From positions 12,059-76,058 of the IMG/VR virus record IMGVR_UViG_3300009151_003928: a stretch of 64,000 nucleotides of DNA, one strand, 5' to 3'. The position numbers and the translations under genes are program-made. Shown here one piece after another: positions 25,948 to 35,676 of the stretch (the first letter of the stretch is position 1; every line of letters begins with the position of its first letter). This DNA comes from a virus. Under the pieces are notes generated by a model. It ran no database searches and was not told the origin of the DNA. It saw only the letters and a list, made by a program, of their open reading frames with translations.

Positions 25948-27207
25948 ATGTCAGATAATACACTAGCAGAAAAAAGCAAATCTGTTACAGCAACAGATCC
26001 CAAAGTTGATGCCGCGGCACGTGAAAAGTTGATCACTGCTCGTGTTGGACTTTTACTCCGTGCTCCGTTCTTTGGCAACTTGGCAACCCGCATGAATCTG
26101 ATCAATGCAGATGAGTGGTGCCCCACTGCCGCCACAGACGGACGTAGGTTTTATTACAATAGTGTATTCGTCAATTCATTGCCACTCAAACAATTAGAGT
26201 TCCTGGTTGGACACGAAGTGCTTCATGCAGTTTATGACCACATGGGACGTCGTGGCAATCGCGATCCTAAACTGTGGAACATTGCCGATGACTATTGTGT
26301 AAACTGGGACTTGGTAGAACAACGGGTTGGTGATAAGATTCCAATCGCCCTGTATGATTCTAAGTACAAAGGCATGAGTGCTGAAGAAGTGTATGATGAC
26401 TTGTACGAAAATGCAGACAAGATCAACATTGACGAGCTAATGAAACGTCTATTGGACGAGCACTTGGATGGCAACAGCGAAGATGGCGAAGGTGACGGAG
26501 ATGGCGACAAGCCCGGAAATGGTCGCCCACGTTTGAGCGAAGCTGAAAAGAAAGAGATCCGTGACGAAATTAAAGAGGCTGTGCTAGCGGCCGCTCAAGC
26601 ATCGGGCGCAGGTAACTTGCCAGGTGGTGTCAAGCGCATGATTAAAGACTTGACCGAGCCAGTTATGGATTGGAGAGAGTTGCTACAGCAACAAATTGAA
26701 TCTACTATTAAGAGTGACTTTACTTGGGCCCGTCCTAGCCGTCGTAGCTGGCATATGGATGCTGTCATGCCCGGTATGAAGCCCGGCGAGCAGATTGATG
26801 TTGTTATTGGTATTGATACTTCGGGTAGTATTACTGACCAAGATCTCAAAGTGTTCTTGAGTGAGATCCAAGGTATTATGGAAGCATACGAAGAGTATCG
26901 TATTACTGTTATGGGTTGGGATACCGAAGTCCATAACATTGCTACATTTACTAGCGATAACTTGGAAGATATTAGTACATTTGAACCAGGTGGTGGTGGT
27001 GGTACAGATCCACATTGTGTGTGGAATTACTTGCAAGCCAACGATATTGAACCTAAGAAATTGATCATGTTTACAGACTTCTGTTTCTTTGGTTGGAGCC
27101 CAGCGGAAGTTGAGCAGTATTGTGATACTGTTTGGATTATTAAAGGCAACAAATCAGCAGAGCCAGAGTTTGGTGTGTATGCTCACTACGAGGATGCAGG
27201 AAAATGA
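25948..27207 (+). CDS. HEXXH metallopeptidase-like + vWA domain protein (DUF2201-like)
   Basis: TAATDG, HEVLH, IDTSGS MIDAS, GGGGTD. Confidence 0.88.
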   Translation: MSDNTLAEKSKSVTATDPKVDAAAREKLITARVGLLLRAPFFGNLATRMNLINADEWCPTAATDGRRFYYNSVFVNSLPLKQLEFLVGHEVLHAVYDHMGRRGNRDPKLWNIADDYCVNWDLVEQRVGDKIPIALYDSKYKGMSAEEVYDDLYENADKINIDELMKRLLDEHLDGNSEDGEGDGDGDKPGNGRPRLSEAEKKEIRDEIKEAVLAAAQASGAGNLPGGVKRMIKDLTEPVMDWRELLQQQIESTIKSDFTWARPSRRSWHMDAVMPGMKPGEQIDVVIGIDTSGSITDQDLKVFLSEIQGIMEAYEEYRITVMGWDTEVHNIATFTSDNLEDISTFEPGGGGGTDPHCVWNYLQANDIEPKKLIMFTDFCFFGWSPAEVEQYCDTVWIIKGNKSAEPEFGVYAHYEDAGK

Positions 27208-27440
27208 CTTTTACTGTAGCAGAAAGCCCTTGGGTTACCTTAAGTCAAGGTGATCCAAGTTTTCAACTACAAGGACCGTTTACAGTAGCCAATCGTGCTG
27301 GTATAGAAATTACTAGCAAATGTCCTAGAGAGTATGCTACAATAATTGCACAGGCTTATGAACGTGGGTGGATTAGCTGTATAGCTACAGTACCACGCAC
27401 CGATCCAACCTTAATGTGGGAGACTTTGAAAAATGATTAA
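27204..27440 (+). CDS. Hypothetical protein
   Basis: ATGA-coupled ORF. Confidence 0.6.
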   Translation: MTFTVAESPWVTLSQGDPSFQLQGPFTVANRAGIEITSKCPREYATIIAQAYERGWISCIATVPRTDPTLMWETLKND

Positions 27441-27540
27441 ATTAATTAACATTCTTGAAAATGCTTTTTGGTACCCAGTTGCATTGATGTATCTTTGCTT
27501 AATGGGATTTTCCGTGGGACTTATTTTTGGTTTATTGTAG
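27433..27540 (+). CDS. 35-aa hydrophobic peptide (not in ORF track)
   Basis: MIKLINILENAFWYPVALMYLCLMGFSVGLIFGLL. Confidence 0.4.
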   Translation: MIKLINILENAFWYPVALMYLCLMGFSVGLIFGLL

Positions 27541-27621
27541 TATGATTGATTATATTTTTTGTATAATTATATCAGTATCTTTGTATATTCATTTAGTGCA
27601 TAGCACTCCACAGGTAATATT

Positions 27622-27852
27622 ATGAACGAACGTTTAAAAGAATTAATGCTTGAAGCAGGCTATGCGGCTCCTGAGATTGCAGGTCGTGCCAAGAGATTAG
27701 CAGACTTGATTATTAAGGATTGCATCGATATTGTTGGGCCAACTCAACATCATGAAGTGTGGGCGCAGAGTTATCTTGGCGGTGTTAATGGGTTAGAATT
27801 GCTAGAAGGCAAGATTAAAAATATTAAACAACGTTTTGGAATTGAAGAATGA
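27622..27852 (+). CDS. Small paralog family protein
   Basis: MNERLKEL...ADLIIKDC...RFGIEE. Confidence 0.7.
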   Translation: MNERLKELMLEAGYAAPEIAGRAKRLADLIIKDCIDIVGPTQHHEVWAQSYLGGVNGLELLEGKIKNIKQRFGIEE

Positions 27853-28085
27853 CCGAACAGATTAGTAAACTTGCTTTACAATGTGGTGCCTGGCATCAGG
27901 TATACGGCAATAGAAATTTTATGATCGACGAGCACTTTGATATTGCCAAGTTCGCCGAGTTGATTGTTCGGGAATGTTTAGGCATTGTAGACGATGCTGA
28001 ACGAGGTGGTAGTAATGATATTTGGGACAATGCTGTGAAGTTCATTAGACGAGATTTACAAGAACATTTCGGAGTTGAAGAATGA
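27849..28085 (+). CDS. Small paralog family protein
   Basis: KFAELIVREC...HFGVEE; paralog of the preceding gene. Confidence 0.7.
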   Translation: MTEQISKLALQCGAWHQVYGNRNFMIDEHFDIAKFAELIVRECLGIVDDAERGGSNDIWDNAVKFIRRDLQEHFGVEE

Positions 28086-28155
28086 AGCCAGGATATAAAG
28101 AACCGTGGTACGCCAAACGTAGACGTGAAGACCAAGAACGTAAAGAGAAATCAAA

Positions 28156-28440
28156 ATGAGACAACAAATTTATCTTTCTAAAAGAAACCTACTTACCTTG
28201 TTGTCCAAGTTGGAACGTCTTGAGCACGGAGACGAAACAGCCTGTGCAATAGTCAAGTATGCCAATCCAGCTGATCCTTACTGCAATACTATAAAAGAAG
28301 TAATGGTTATTGCAGTCCCTGATGAAAAATTTTATACTAATAGAGCTCCGGGTGCAATGCATCCATTGGATGAAACAAATATGCAATATCATATTAGTAA
28401 TACTGATAATCCCATTGACTTTCCTCGGAGTAAACTATGA
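28156..28440 (+). CDS. Hypothetical protein
   Basis: ORF track. Confidence 0.6.
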   Translation: MRQQIYLSKRNLLTLLSKLERLEHGDETACAIVKYANPADPYCNTIKEVMVIAVPDEKFYTNRAPGAMHPLDETNMQYHISNTDNPIDFPRSKL

Positions 28441-28652
28441 AACTATCAGCCAACGGAGTAGAAGGTCATTTAATTTGGTGTGCTGATGGCCAGTATCGTT
28501 TTAGGGTGTATACTGATACCTTTGAATTTACTGATTACGACTTGCTTCATTATGATTTATGTGTTACAATAACAGATAAGGATGCTACGTTTTATTCAGA
28601 CGAGCATGGCAATAGATTAGATCACAGTCCCGCAACCCTAGGAAAAGAATAA
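28437..28652 (+). CDS. Hypothetical protein
   Basis: FRVY...FTDYDL.H.DL...LDHSPATLG. Confidence 0.65.
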   Translation: MKLSANGVEGHLIWCADGQYRFRVYTDTFEFTDYDLLHYDLCVTITDKDATFYSDEHGNRLDHSPATLGKE

Positions 28653-29014
28653 TGCAATTTAAAAACCCCAAAGACTTAAAGCCAAAAGAAGCACGTGAAT
28701 TAGCATTAACCTTGCAACAACGTATTCATAGTTTGGAAAATTGCCTCGATGATCTTATGCGTAGTGTAGAGATTGCACAATATACCAAACAGTACCAAGC
28801 AACCGAAGTGTTTGTTCGTGACGCCGAAGAGCTACTTAAAGATCGTTTGATATTGCCCGAAATTAAACAGGGTAGTGCTAAAATTACTTTGGTAGAATCA
28901 TCTGAAGAAAATCTTAACAAAGCATTGGACATTTATAAAAAAGATCCCAAGATTGCCAAACGCAAACATGGTAAAATTGACGGCATTATAAAAACCGATG
29001 CTAAGGTACAATGA
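28652..29014 (+). CDS. Hypothetical protein
   Basis: ORF track. Confidence 0.6.
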   Translation: MQFKNPKDLKPKEARELALTLQQRIHSLENCLDDLMRSVEIAQYTKQYQATEVFVRDAEELLKDRLILPEIKQGSAKITLVESSEENLNKALDIYKKDPKIAKRKHGKIDGIIKTDAKVQ

Positions 29015-29288
29015 AGTAAATCCCCTGGCGGTGTTCGGGCTCCGTGAGCTTGAACATTGTCCTCCACATTTTGTCAAAGTGGAGTTCAATCTGCGGGCTG
29101 GCGAAAAGGTAATTTCGGATTGGATTTGGACTAATTTAGATGGTCGCTTTTGGTATAACGATTACTACTACAAAGACGAAAATAACAACGTAGTATTTCA
29201 AAAATGTGCGGCTTTTGAAGTACCCGGCGAAGCCAGTATGTTTGCCCTAATGCTGGATCAAATCAATAAACATAACTTTGATTTTTGA
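28998..29288 (+). CDS. Hypothetical protein
   Basis: VNPL.VFGLR...CPPHF...WIW.NL.GRF. Confidence 0.65.
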   Translation: MLRYNEVNPLAVFGLRELEHCPPHFVKVEFNLRAGEKVISDWIWTNLDGRFWYNDYYYKDENNNVVFQKCAAFEVPGEASMFALMLDQINKHNFDF

Positions 29289-29352
29289 GCTAAGAAAATA
29301 TTTTCCGGTTTGAGATCTCATGTAAATATATGCATAGTTTACGGAGATTACT

Positions 29353-29592
29353 ATGTCAGACCAGACAACAACAGAAGCACAAGAACCGCAACAGGTTCAA
29401 TTACAATTATCGGATATTTTAGCGGCGGCTCAGTGCATTCAGCTTGCTAGTACACGAGGCGCATTCCGTGCCGAAGAATTCACACAAGTAGGTGGTACAT
29501 ACGAGCGTTTAGTTAGCTTCTTGCAAGCTAGCGGTGCTTTAAATCCTCCTGCGGGTGAACAGCCAGCTGATGCTACAGCACCAGCGGCATAA
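29353..29592 (+). CDS. Small conserved protein
   Basis: ASTRGAFRAEE...VG..YERL; SD ggag. Confidence 0.7.
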   Translation: MSDQTTTEAQEPQQVQLQLSDILAAAQCIQLASTRGAFRAEEFTQVGGTYERLVSFLQASGALNPPAGEQPADATAPAA

Positions 29593-29605
29593 CAAGGAAA
29601 ATAAA

Positions 29606-30322
29606 ATGATTAAACATGTCGGTAAACACAACAACAAAAAGATAGTATTGCTTTGGCGTCGTGTACCAAACGAAGCTCATATGGCTCTAGTAGCCTACAG
29701 TGATACACTACCACGCATGATCCACGACGATCTAATGAAGTGCTTAGAAAGTGCAGTTGGACAAAATTCCAAGGAATTGTCGGATGTGTTATTCCGTACA
29801 ACCATGGGCGATGGCCGTAACTTGTTAGAAGTTATGCACAAAGAAGGATTCATCAAGAAGGTTCCAACAAGCCAAGTATTGATTACTCCAACTGCTAAAA
29901 GCTCAGTTCGTTTAGATGAATTAAATGACATCCTGGACGAAATGGACAAAGGCGAAGAAGCAGTAAAGCGTATGCAAGCAATTGATTCCGGTGCTGGTAT
30001 GAGTGGCAAGAAACGTGGTCGCGAAGGCCGTGAAGTTGGCATGCCACCAAACAATACTAGTATGAGTCGTACCAATATTGATGTGGATGCTACTGATTCT
30101 GCTGCCGCATACCTCAAAGGTGCGCTAAGTGAAGGTGTGTTAGGCGATCAAGATATTGCCGCACAACGTTTGGCTCAAGCTGAGCAAATGAAAAATCAAG
30201 CCACTCAATTGTTAGCTGAAGCCAAACGATTGACCGAAGAAGCAAACTCACTAACGCCTGCAAACAATGTCAAAACAACAAGAGCCAAAAAAGCCACGCC
30301 AAGTAAAAAGCAAGCGGCTTAA
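29606..30322 (+). CDS. Conserved hypothetical protein with basic C-terminal tail
   Basis: Start moved to ATG 29606 (MIKHVGK), SD aagga. Confidence 0.7.
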   Translation: MIKHVGKHNNKKIVLLWRRVPNEAHMALVAYSDTLPRMIHDDLMKCLESAVGQNSKELSDVLFRTTMGDGRNLLEVMHKEGFIKKVPTSQVLITPTAKSSVRLDELNDILDEMDKGEEAVKRMQAIDSGAGMSGKKRGREGREVGMPPNNTSMSRTNIDVDATDSAAAYLKGALSEGVLGDQDIAAQRLAQAEQMKNQATQLLAEAKRLTEEANSLTPANNVKTTRAKKATPSKKQAA

Positions 30323-30614
30323 CTTAAATAGTAAAGCCAAATGGGAAAAGTTGCTCAAGGAAGTAAACAAAGAGCAAGTTCCCATTGCTGTCATACGTTC
30401 AATCACTGTCAATCTTAAAGATGGTACAGCCGTTGACGTCAACGTCGCTGAGATGTTAGAAGAAGGTGGCGACCCTGCTGTAATAGAACGTATAATTAAC
30501 GAAAAGTTACACGCACTCGATGACATCATCAGAGACGTGGACTTTCATATCAGTGTAGACAGCGTAGCAAAAGTTGTACAACCCTTTACCGATAAACTCC
30601 TGAAAGATTTATGA
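30267..30614 (+). CDS. Hypothetical protein
   Basis: ORF track. Confidence 0.65.
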   Translation: MSKQQEPKKPRQVKSKRLNLNSKAKWEKLLKEVNKEQVPIAVIRSITVNLKDGTAVDVNVAEMLEEGGDPAVIERIINEKLHALDDIIRDVDFHISVDSVAKVVQPFTDKLLKDL

Positions 30615-31111
30615 TTAATGCCATATTTGCCGTTGACTTTAACGGTGGTATGGGTTTCAATGGCACATTGCCTTGGCCCCATAACGCCGAAGACTTGTCA
30701 TACTTCCAAAAACTTACAACAGGTAATGTAGTTGTAATGGGACGTAATACTTGGGAAGATCCCAAGATGCCCAAGCCACTTCCTAATCGCACAGTATATG
30801 TTGCCACTAATAAACCGGTAAAATATGCCATGCCGTTTGCGGGCAATTTCAACGACAAGTTAATCAGCATTGAAAAAGAACACCCAGACAAAAAAGTATT
30901 TGTAATTGGTGGTCCAAAATTAATAGAAGAAGCAAAAGATCTCTATGATAGAGTATATATAACTCATATCAAAGGAGCATATCGCAACGATACCAGAATG
31001 TATATAAAAGAATTCCTTACTGGTTACCGACCGGTGTATGCCACAGTGAGCCGAGATTTCCAATCAACTTTTATAGTATACGAATCTATTTTTAAACGAG
31101 TTAAACCATAA
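30611..31111 (+). CDS. folA: Dihydrofolate reductase
   Basis: GTLPW....EDL.YF, VVMGRNTW, PLPNR, VIGG. Confidence 0.93.
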   Translation: MINAIFAVDFNGGMGFNGTLPWPHNAEDLSYFQKLTTGNVVVMGRNTWEDPKMPKPLPNRTVYVATNKPVKYAMPFAGNFNDKLISIEKEHPDKKVFVIGGPKLIEEAKDLYDRVYITHIKGAYRNDTRMYIKEFLTGYRPVYATVSRDFQSTFIVYESIFKRVKP

Positions 31112-31120
31112 TATGATTGT

Positions 31121-31149
31121 TTGACAATGTTCTAGTTAGTGCGTATAAT
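31121..31149 (+). promoter_or_regulatory. Consensus sigma70 promoter for thyA block
   Basis: TTGACA-17-TATAAT, perfect match. Confidence 0.85.
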
Positions 31150-31175
31150 AAACTTATATTAAAAGAACTAAATTT

Positions 31176-32087
31176 ATGAAACAATATCTAGAAGCACTAC
31201 AATATGTATTAGACCACGGACAAGAAGTTGGAGACCGGACTGGAACAGGTACACTTAGTTGTTTTGGTATGCAACAACGCTACGATCTTACAGAATCATT
31301 TCCCGCAGTAACTACTAAAAAACTAGCATGGCGAGCCTGCGTAGGCGAATTACTCTGGATGCTTGAAGGTTCAGGCGATGAACGTAGGCTAGCAGAGATC
31401 ACCTACGGTGACCGTACGGGTGCCGTGACTATCTGGACTCCTAATGCGCTTGCTCCGTATTGGAAACCACATGCACAGTACGAAGGTGACCTAGGTCGTG
31501 TATATGGTGTACAATGGCGCCATTGGCGGACCGCCCAACATGTCAAGTCTGGCAGTATTAAAAATGAATGTGGAAGTTATTTTAGTGTACAAGGCGGAAT
31601 ACAAGAAGTAGAAACAGATCAAATTAAAAAATTAATCGACGGAATACAACGAGACCCACACGGAAGACGACATATAGTATCTGCATGGAATGCTGGCGAA
31701 TTAGAACAAATGGCCCTGCCCCCGTGTCATGTCTTGGCTCAGTTTTATGTAAGTAAAGACCGTCGATTAAGTTGTCAGATGTATCAGAGAAGTTGTGACA
31801 TGTTTTTAGGAGTTCCCTTTAATATCGCTAGCTACAGCCTGTTAACGGCCATGATAGCTCAAGTGTGCGGCCTCCAGGTCGGTGAGTTCGTTCATGTACT
31901 CGGCGATGCACACATCTACCTAAATCATGTTGAACAGGTAAAAGAACAATTATCACGTGAACCATTGCCTGCACCAACTCTTTGGCTTAATCCCGATGTA
32001 AAAGATATCACTAAGTTTACCATGGCAGATATTCGCTTAGACGGATATCAATCACACAACAGTATCAAAGCAGAAATGGCAGTATAA
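31176..32087 (+). CDS. thyA: Thymidylate synthase
   Basis: DRTGTGT, LGRVYG.QWR, MALPPCH, YQRSCD.FLGVPFN, GDAHIY. Confidence 0.97.
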   Translation: MKQYLEALQYVLDHGQEVGDRTGTGTLSCFGMQQRYDLTESFPAVTTKKLAWRACVGELLWMLEGSGDERRLAEITYGDRTGAVTIWTPNALAPYWKPHAQYEGDLGRVYGVQWRHWRTAQHVKSGSIKNECGSYFSVQGGIQEVETDQIKKLIDGIQRDPHGRRHIVSAWNAGELEQMALPPCHVLAQFYVSKDRRLSCQMYQRSCDMFLGVPFNIASYSLLTAMIAQVCGLQVGEFVHVLGDAHIYLNHVEQVKEQLSREPLPAPTLWLNPDVKDITKFTMADIRLDGYQSHNSIKAEMAV

Positions 32088-33058
32088 TGAGATTTTTAGT
32101 AACTGGCGGTGCAGGTTTCATTGGGCATAATGTGGTGCGTCAGCTAGAACAACTGGGACACGAATGCTATACATTAGATTGCGTAACCGATTACGGATTT
32201 ATACCCAAAGAAGAATTAAGTTATTTACACAAACATCGTAGTAGTCGTATGCGTAGCAATACACATCATGTAGACTTGCGTAACCATGAAAGAGTTGCCA
32301 ATTGGTTTGGTAACTTTGCATTTAAAGCCGAAGCTGTTATACATTTAGCAAGTTTTCCAAGACAAAAAGTAGTTAGTGCAAATCCTGTATGGGGCTCCGA
32401 AGTAATGGCAACTGGGTTAGTTAATTTACTAGAAATAACCAAGGCGTATAAAATTCCAAAGTTTGTTTATATCAGTAGTAGCATGGTATACGGAGACTTT
32501 GACAATGATGTTACCGAAGATGCGATATGTGTGCCACAAGGGCAGTATGGTATTATGAAATTAATGGGTGAGAACCTTGTTCGAGATTACACACGTCGTG
32601 GCTGTTTTGATCATGTTATTATTCGTCCTAGTGCTGTATACGGTGAGTACGATGTTGAAGATCGTGTGGTTAGTAAGTTTATGTTATCTGCTATGCGAGG
32701 AGAAACTCTTAGGGTAAATGGCGCAAACGAAACGCTGGATTTTACCTACGTGGAAGATGCCGCACGTGGCATTGTGCAAGCCACTTTAAGTAAAGTGGCT
32801 GTTAACGGTACTTACAATATTACCAAGAGTCATAGCACTAGTTTGTTGCAGGCCGCAAGTTTAGCTATCAAGATTGCCGGGAATGGTCGAGTTGAAGTAC
32901 GTGACAAAGACGCAGATTTTCCATCACGTGGTGCTTTAGATATTACTGCCGCACGTAGAGACTTTGGATTCGATCCACAAGTAGATGTAGAAGAAGGATT
33001 TGTAAAATACCATCGCTGGTTTACTGAATCTAAATATTGGCAAGACAAATTAAAATGA
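32087..33058 (+). CDS. NAD-dependent nucleotide-sugar epimerase/dehydratase
   Basis: TGGAGFIG, SSSMVYG, YGIMK. Confidence 0.9.
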   Translation: MRFLVTGGAGFIGHNVVRQLEQLGHECYTLDCVTDYGFIPKEELSYLHKHRSSRMRSNTHHVDLRNHERVANWFGNFAFKAEAVIHLASFPRQKVVSANPVWGSEVMATGLVNLLEITKAYKIPKFVYISSSMVYGDFDNDVTEDAICVPQGQYGIMKLMGENLVRDYTRRGCFDHVIIRPSAVYGEYDVEDRVVSKFMLSAMRGETLRVNGANETLDFTYVEDAARGIVQATLSKVAVNGTYNITKSHSTSLLQAASLAIKIAGNGRVEVRDKDADFPSRGALDITAARRDFGFDPQVDVEEGFVKYHRWFTESKYWQDKLK

Positions 33059-33675
33059 AAATAGTAGCCATAACCCCACACCCAGACGATTTAGAAATTG
33101 CCTGTGCCGGAACATTAAAAAAGTTTCAGGACCAAGGTGCGGAAATTATTTCTATTGTTACAGTTAAACCCAGTGCAGAAGTTAATAGCGAACGCGATGA
33201 AGATATTGTACTAGAAGAATTAAAAAATAGTTATACACTATCACAATTTGAGCTCAGAGTTTTAGATACTGATCTACACGCCAATGGTCGTCCTAATTTA
33301 GTATGCAATAATAACACCATGACTGAATTAAGCGAATTAATTGATTCGTGTGATCTTGCTATTATTCCAAATCCACAGGACTTCCACCAGGATCATAGAA
33401 CAACATACGAACTAGCTTGGCCGTTACTACAACGTCGTGCTCGAGAAGTTTGGACAATGGACTCTTGGCCTTATTGTTATCAATATAAAACAAACACGGC
33501 TAATATGTATGTAGGCATTGATTGGGAATTTAAAGAAAGCCTGTTACAATGTTATAGCAGTTATATTACCGAAAATAAACTAAGACAGATTCGAAACTTG
33601 TCCAAAGTACATGGCGACAAATCTGGCAACCCGGATGCAGAAGCATTTACACTACTATACAAATATGTTAGATAA
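33055..33675 (+). CDS. PIG-L/LmbE family N-deacetylase
   Basis: PHPDD, D.HQDH, AEAF. Confidence 0.85.
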   Translation: MKIVAITPHPDDLEIACAGTLKKFQDQGAEIISIVTVKPSAEVNSERDEDIVLEELKNSYTLSQFELRVLDTDLHANGRPNLVCNNNTMTELSELIDSCDLAIIPNPQDFHQDHRTTYELAWPLLQRRAREVWTMDSWPYCYQYKTNTANMYVGIDWEFKESLLQCYSSYITENKLRQIRNLSKVHGDKSGNPDAEAFTLLYKYVR

Positions 33676-34711
33676 GATTAACCTCTTCCAAACTGAACGG
33701 GCATGGACCCAGATTCGGGATGAGGTGTTTGCGTTAACAGATCAATACCATCGATTGGGCATTGCCCAAAATGGCGAACCTGCATTATTATTAGAAGCCG
33801 AATTGTGCCGCCGGTTTAATAGAAAATACTGTGTAGTGACGGGTAGCTGTACTGACGCATTAGACCTGGCTCTGCAGGCATTGAAATTGCCTCGAAACTC
33901 CAGGATTGCTGTAGGCAATTACACGTTTACTGCCACTGCACACGCCATTGCTCGTGCTGGCTACCGTGTAGTTCCTGTTGATGTAACTGATAACTACACC
34001 ATTGATGTTACCAAACTTGGTGATGTGGATGCTGTTATACCCATTGACTTATTTGGTAACATGAGCAACTGGCAAAATCTGGATCGATTGCGTATGCCAG
34101 TTATCAACGATGCCGCCCAAAGTTTGGAAAGTAGCGACTGGGAAAATTGGAGTGTTAGTAAGGGTCTAGTTAGTTGCGTTAGTTTTAGCCCTAGTAAAAC
34201 TATTTCTAGTTGGGGATCAGGCGGAGCATTATTGACCGACAACGAAGATATAGCCACTATGTGTAGGCAATTACGTATTCATGGTAAGGTCCGTAATGAC
34301 GATCTTGCCATTGGGCCCGGTTTAAATAGTATAATGTCAACTATGGAAGTTGCCGCAGTCTTGGTAGGATTTAAATATTCCGAAAAATGGCAGGACCGGA
34401 GAACCCGAATCAGTGACCACATTAGAAGTAACTGTAAACTAAAATCAGCAAACGATTTTAGTTTAAGAAAAAATACTTATCATAAGTTAGTATTCCAGAG
34501 CGACAATAGAGACGAGCTAGTATCAAAACTAAATGAACAGGGCATTGGTGCTACTGTACATTATCGTGTAACAGTCAATGATGAGGCTTTGTATCATACA
34601 AAAAAGTCTTTTCCAGTAAGTGATAGATTAAAAGCTGTTAGTTTTACAGTACCAAACCAACATACATTAACTGATGCTGAAGTAGAACGCATCGTAGAGG
34701 CATTAAAATGA
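33665..34711 (+). CDS. DegT/DnrJ/EryC1/StrS sugar aminotransferase
   Basis: SCTDAL.LAL, TFTATA, NDAAQS, SFSPSKT, GSGG. Confidence 0.9.
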   Translation: MLDKINLFQTERAWTQIRDEVFALTDQYHRLGIAQNGEPALLLEAELCRRFNRKYCVVTGSCTDALDLALQALKLPRNSRIAVGNYTFTATAHAIARAGYRVVPVDVTDNYTIDVTKLGDVDAVIPIDLFGNMSNWQNLDRLRMPVINDAAQSLESSDWENWSVSKGLVSCVSFSPSKTISSWGSGGALLTDNEDIATMCRQLRIHGKVRNDDLAIGPGLNSIMSTMEVAAVLVGFKYSEKWQDRRTRISDHIRSNCKLKSANDFSLRKNTYHKLVFQSDNRDELVSKLNEQGIGATVHYRVTVNDEALYHTKKSFPVSDRLKAVSFTVPNQHTLTDAEVERIVEALK

Positions 34712-35676
34712 ATATATTAATTTTAGGTGGACACGGATTCATTGGGCACCATGTGGCACGACAAATGTCCGACTTAGGGCACAACGTATCAACCGTCGAC
34801 ATACATCATCAATACGGCGAATATCAGGATTGGGAATATTTTCCAGTATTGTTACAACGCCTGCACTACATGGGCGCACACAACGGTCTTCAAGGCAATG
34901 TTTGTGATCCGGTATTTATGGATAATGCGTTTGCAACTACTAAACCCGATGTAGTAATTGATCTTGCTACATACCCTAATGCTAAGATGGTTAAAAAGAA
35001 TGTAGTAGATGCCACAACCAATATGATTGCGGCCACTGCTATTGCTCTAGATCTTTGTGTCAAGTACAATGTCAAACGTTTTGTACTAGCAAGTAGTTCG
35101 ATGGTATATGGCGACTTTGATGCGTTCACAGGTGCACCAAACGAAACTGCCGTATGTGATCCGCTGACTTTATATGGTAGTTATAAATTACAATGCGAAC
35201 GTATGTGTAAAATTTGGAACCACGAACATGGTTTAGAATATGCATTGTTACGCCCTAGTGCTTTGTATGGCACACGCGATATGGTAGTACGTGTTATTAG
35301 TAAAATGACAGTGGCTGCATTAAAGACCGGCAAGATGATTGTTAACGGTCCGGACAATAAACTAGACTTTAGTTATGTAACAGATGTAGCTAGTGCATTT
35401 ACTACCGTGGCACTTGATCCAAATTGTGTTAATAGTACGTTTAATTGTACACGTGGCAATGGTAGAAGAATTATAGAAGCTGCCGAAATGATACAATCAA
35501 GAATACCCAGTGAGATTGTAATTCAGCCGCACGATGTGTTTTATCCTAATAGAGATACACTCAACAGTAGATTTTTACAAGAGTGTACTAACTGGCGTCC
35601 TACTGTAGATATTGAAGAAGGTATTCCCAAGTACTTAGATTGGTTCTTAGCACAAGACTTCTTAGACCAATTCTAA
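34708..35676 (+). CDS. NAD-dependent nucleotide-sugar epimerase/dehydratase, paralog of 32087
   Basis: GGHGFIG, SSSMVYGDF, YGSYK, RPSALYG, LDF.YV. Confidence 0.9.
   Translation: MNILILGGHGFIGHHVARQMSDLGHNVSTVDIHHQYGEYQDWEYFPVLLQRLHYMGAHNGLQGNVCDPVFMDNAFATTKPDVVIDLATYPNAKMVKKNVVDATTNMIAATAIALDLCVKYNVKRFVLASSSMVYGDFDAFTGAPNETAVCDPLTLYGSYKLQCERMCKIWNHEHGLEYALLRPSALYGTRDMVVRVISKMTVAALKTGKMIVNGPDNKLDFSYVTDVASAFTTVALDPNCVNSTFNCTRGNGRRIIEAAEMIQSRIPSEIVIQPHDVFYPNRDTLNSRFLQECTNWRPTVDIEEGIPKYLDWFLAQDFLDQF

Noticed and set aside
31176-32087. Intron/intein in thyA, or a dUMP/dCMP hydroxymethylase
   Set aside because: The ORF is continuous with canonical ThyA motifs, including PFN and the adjacent DHFR; only a short loop insertion is present.
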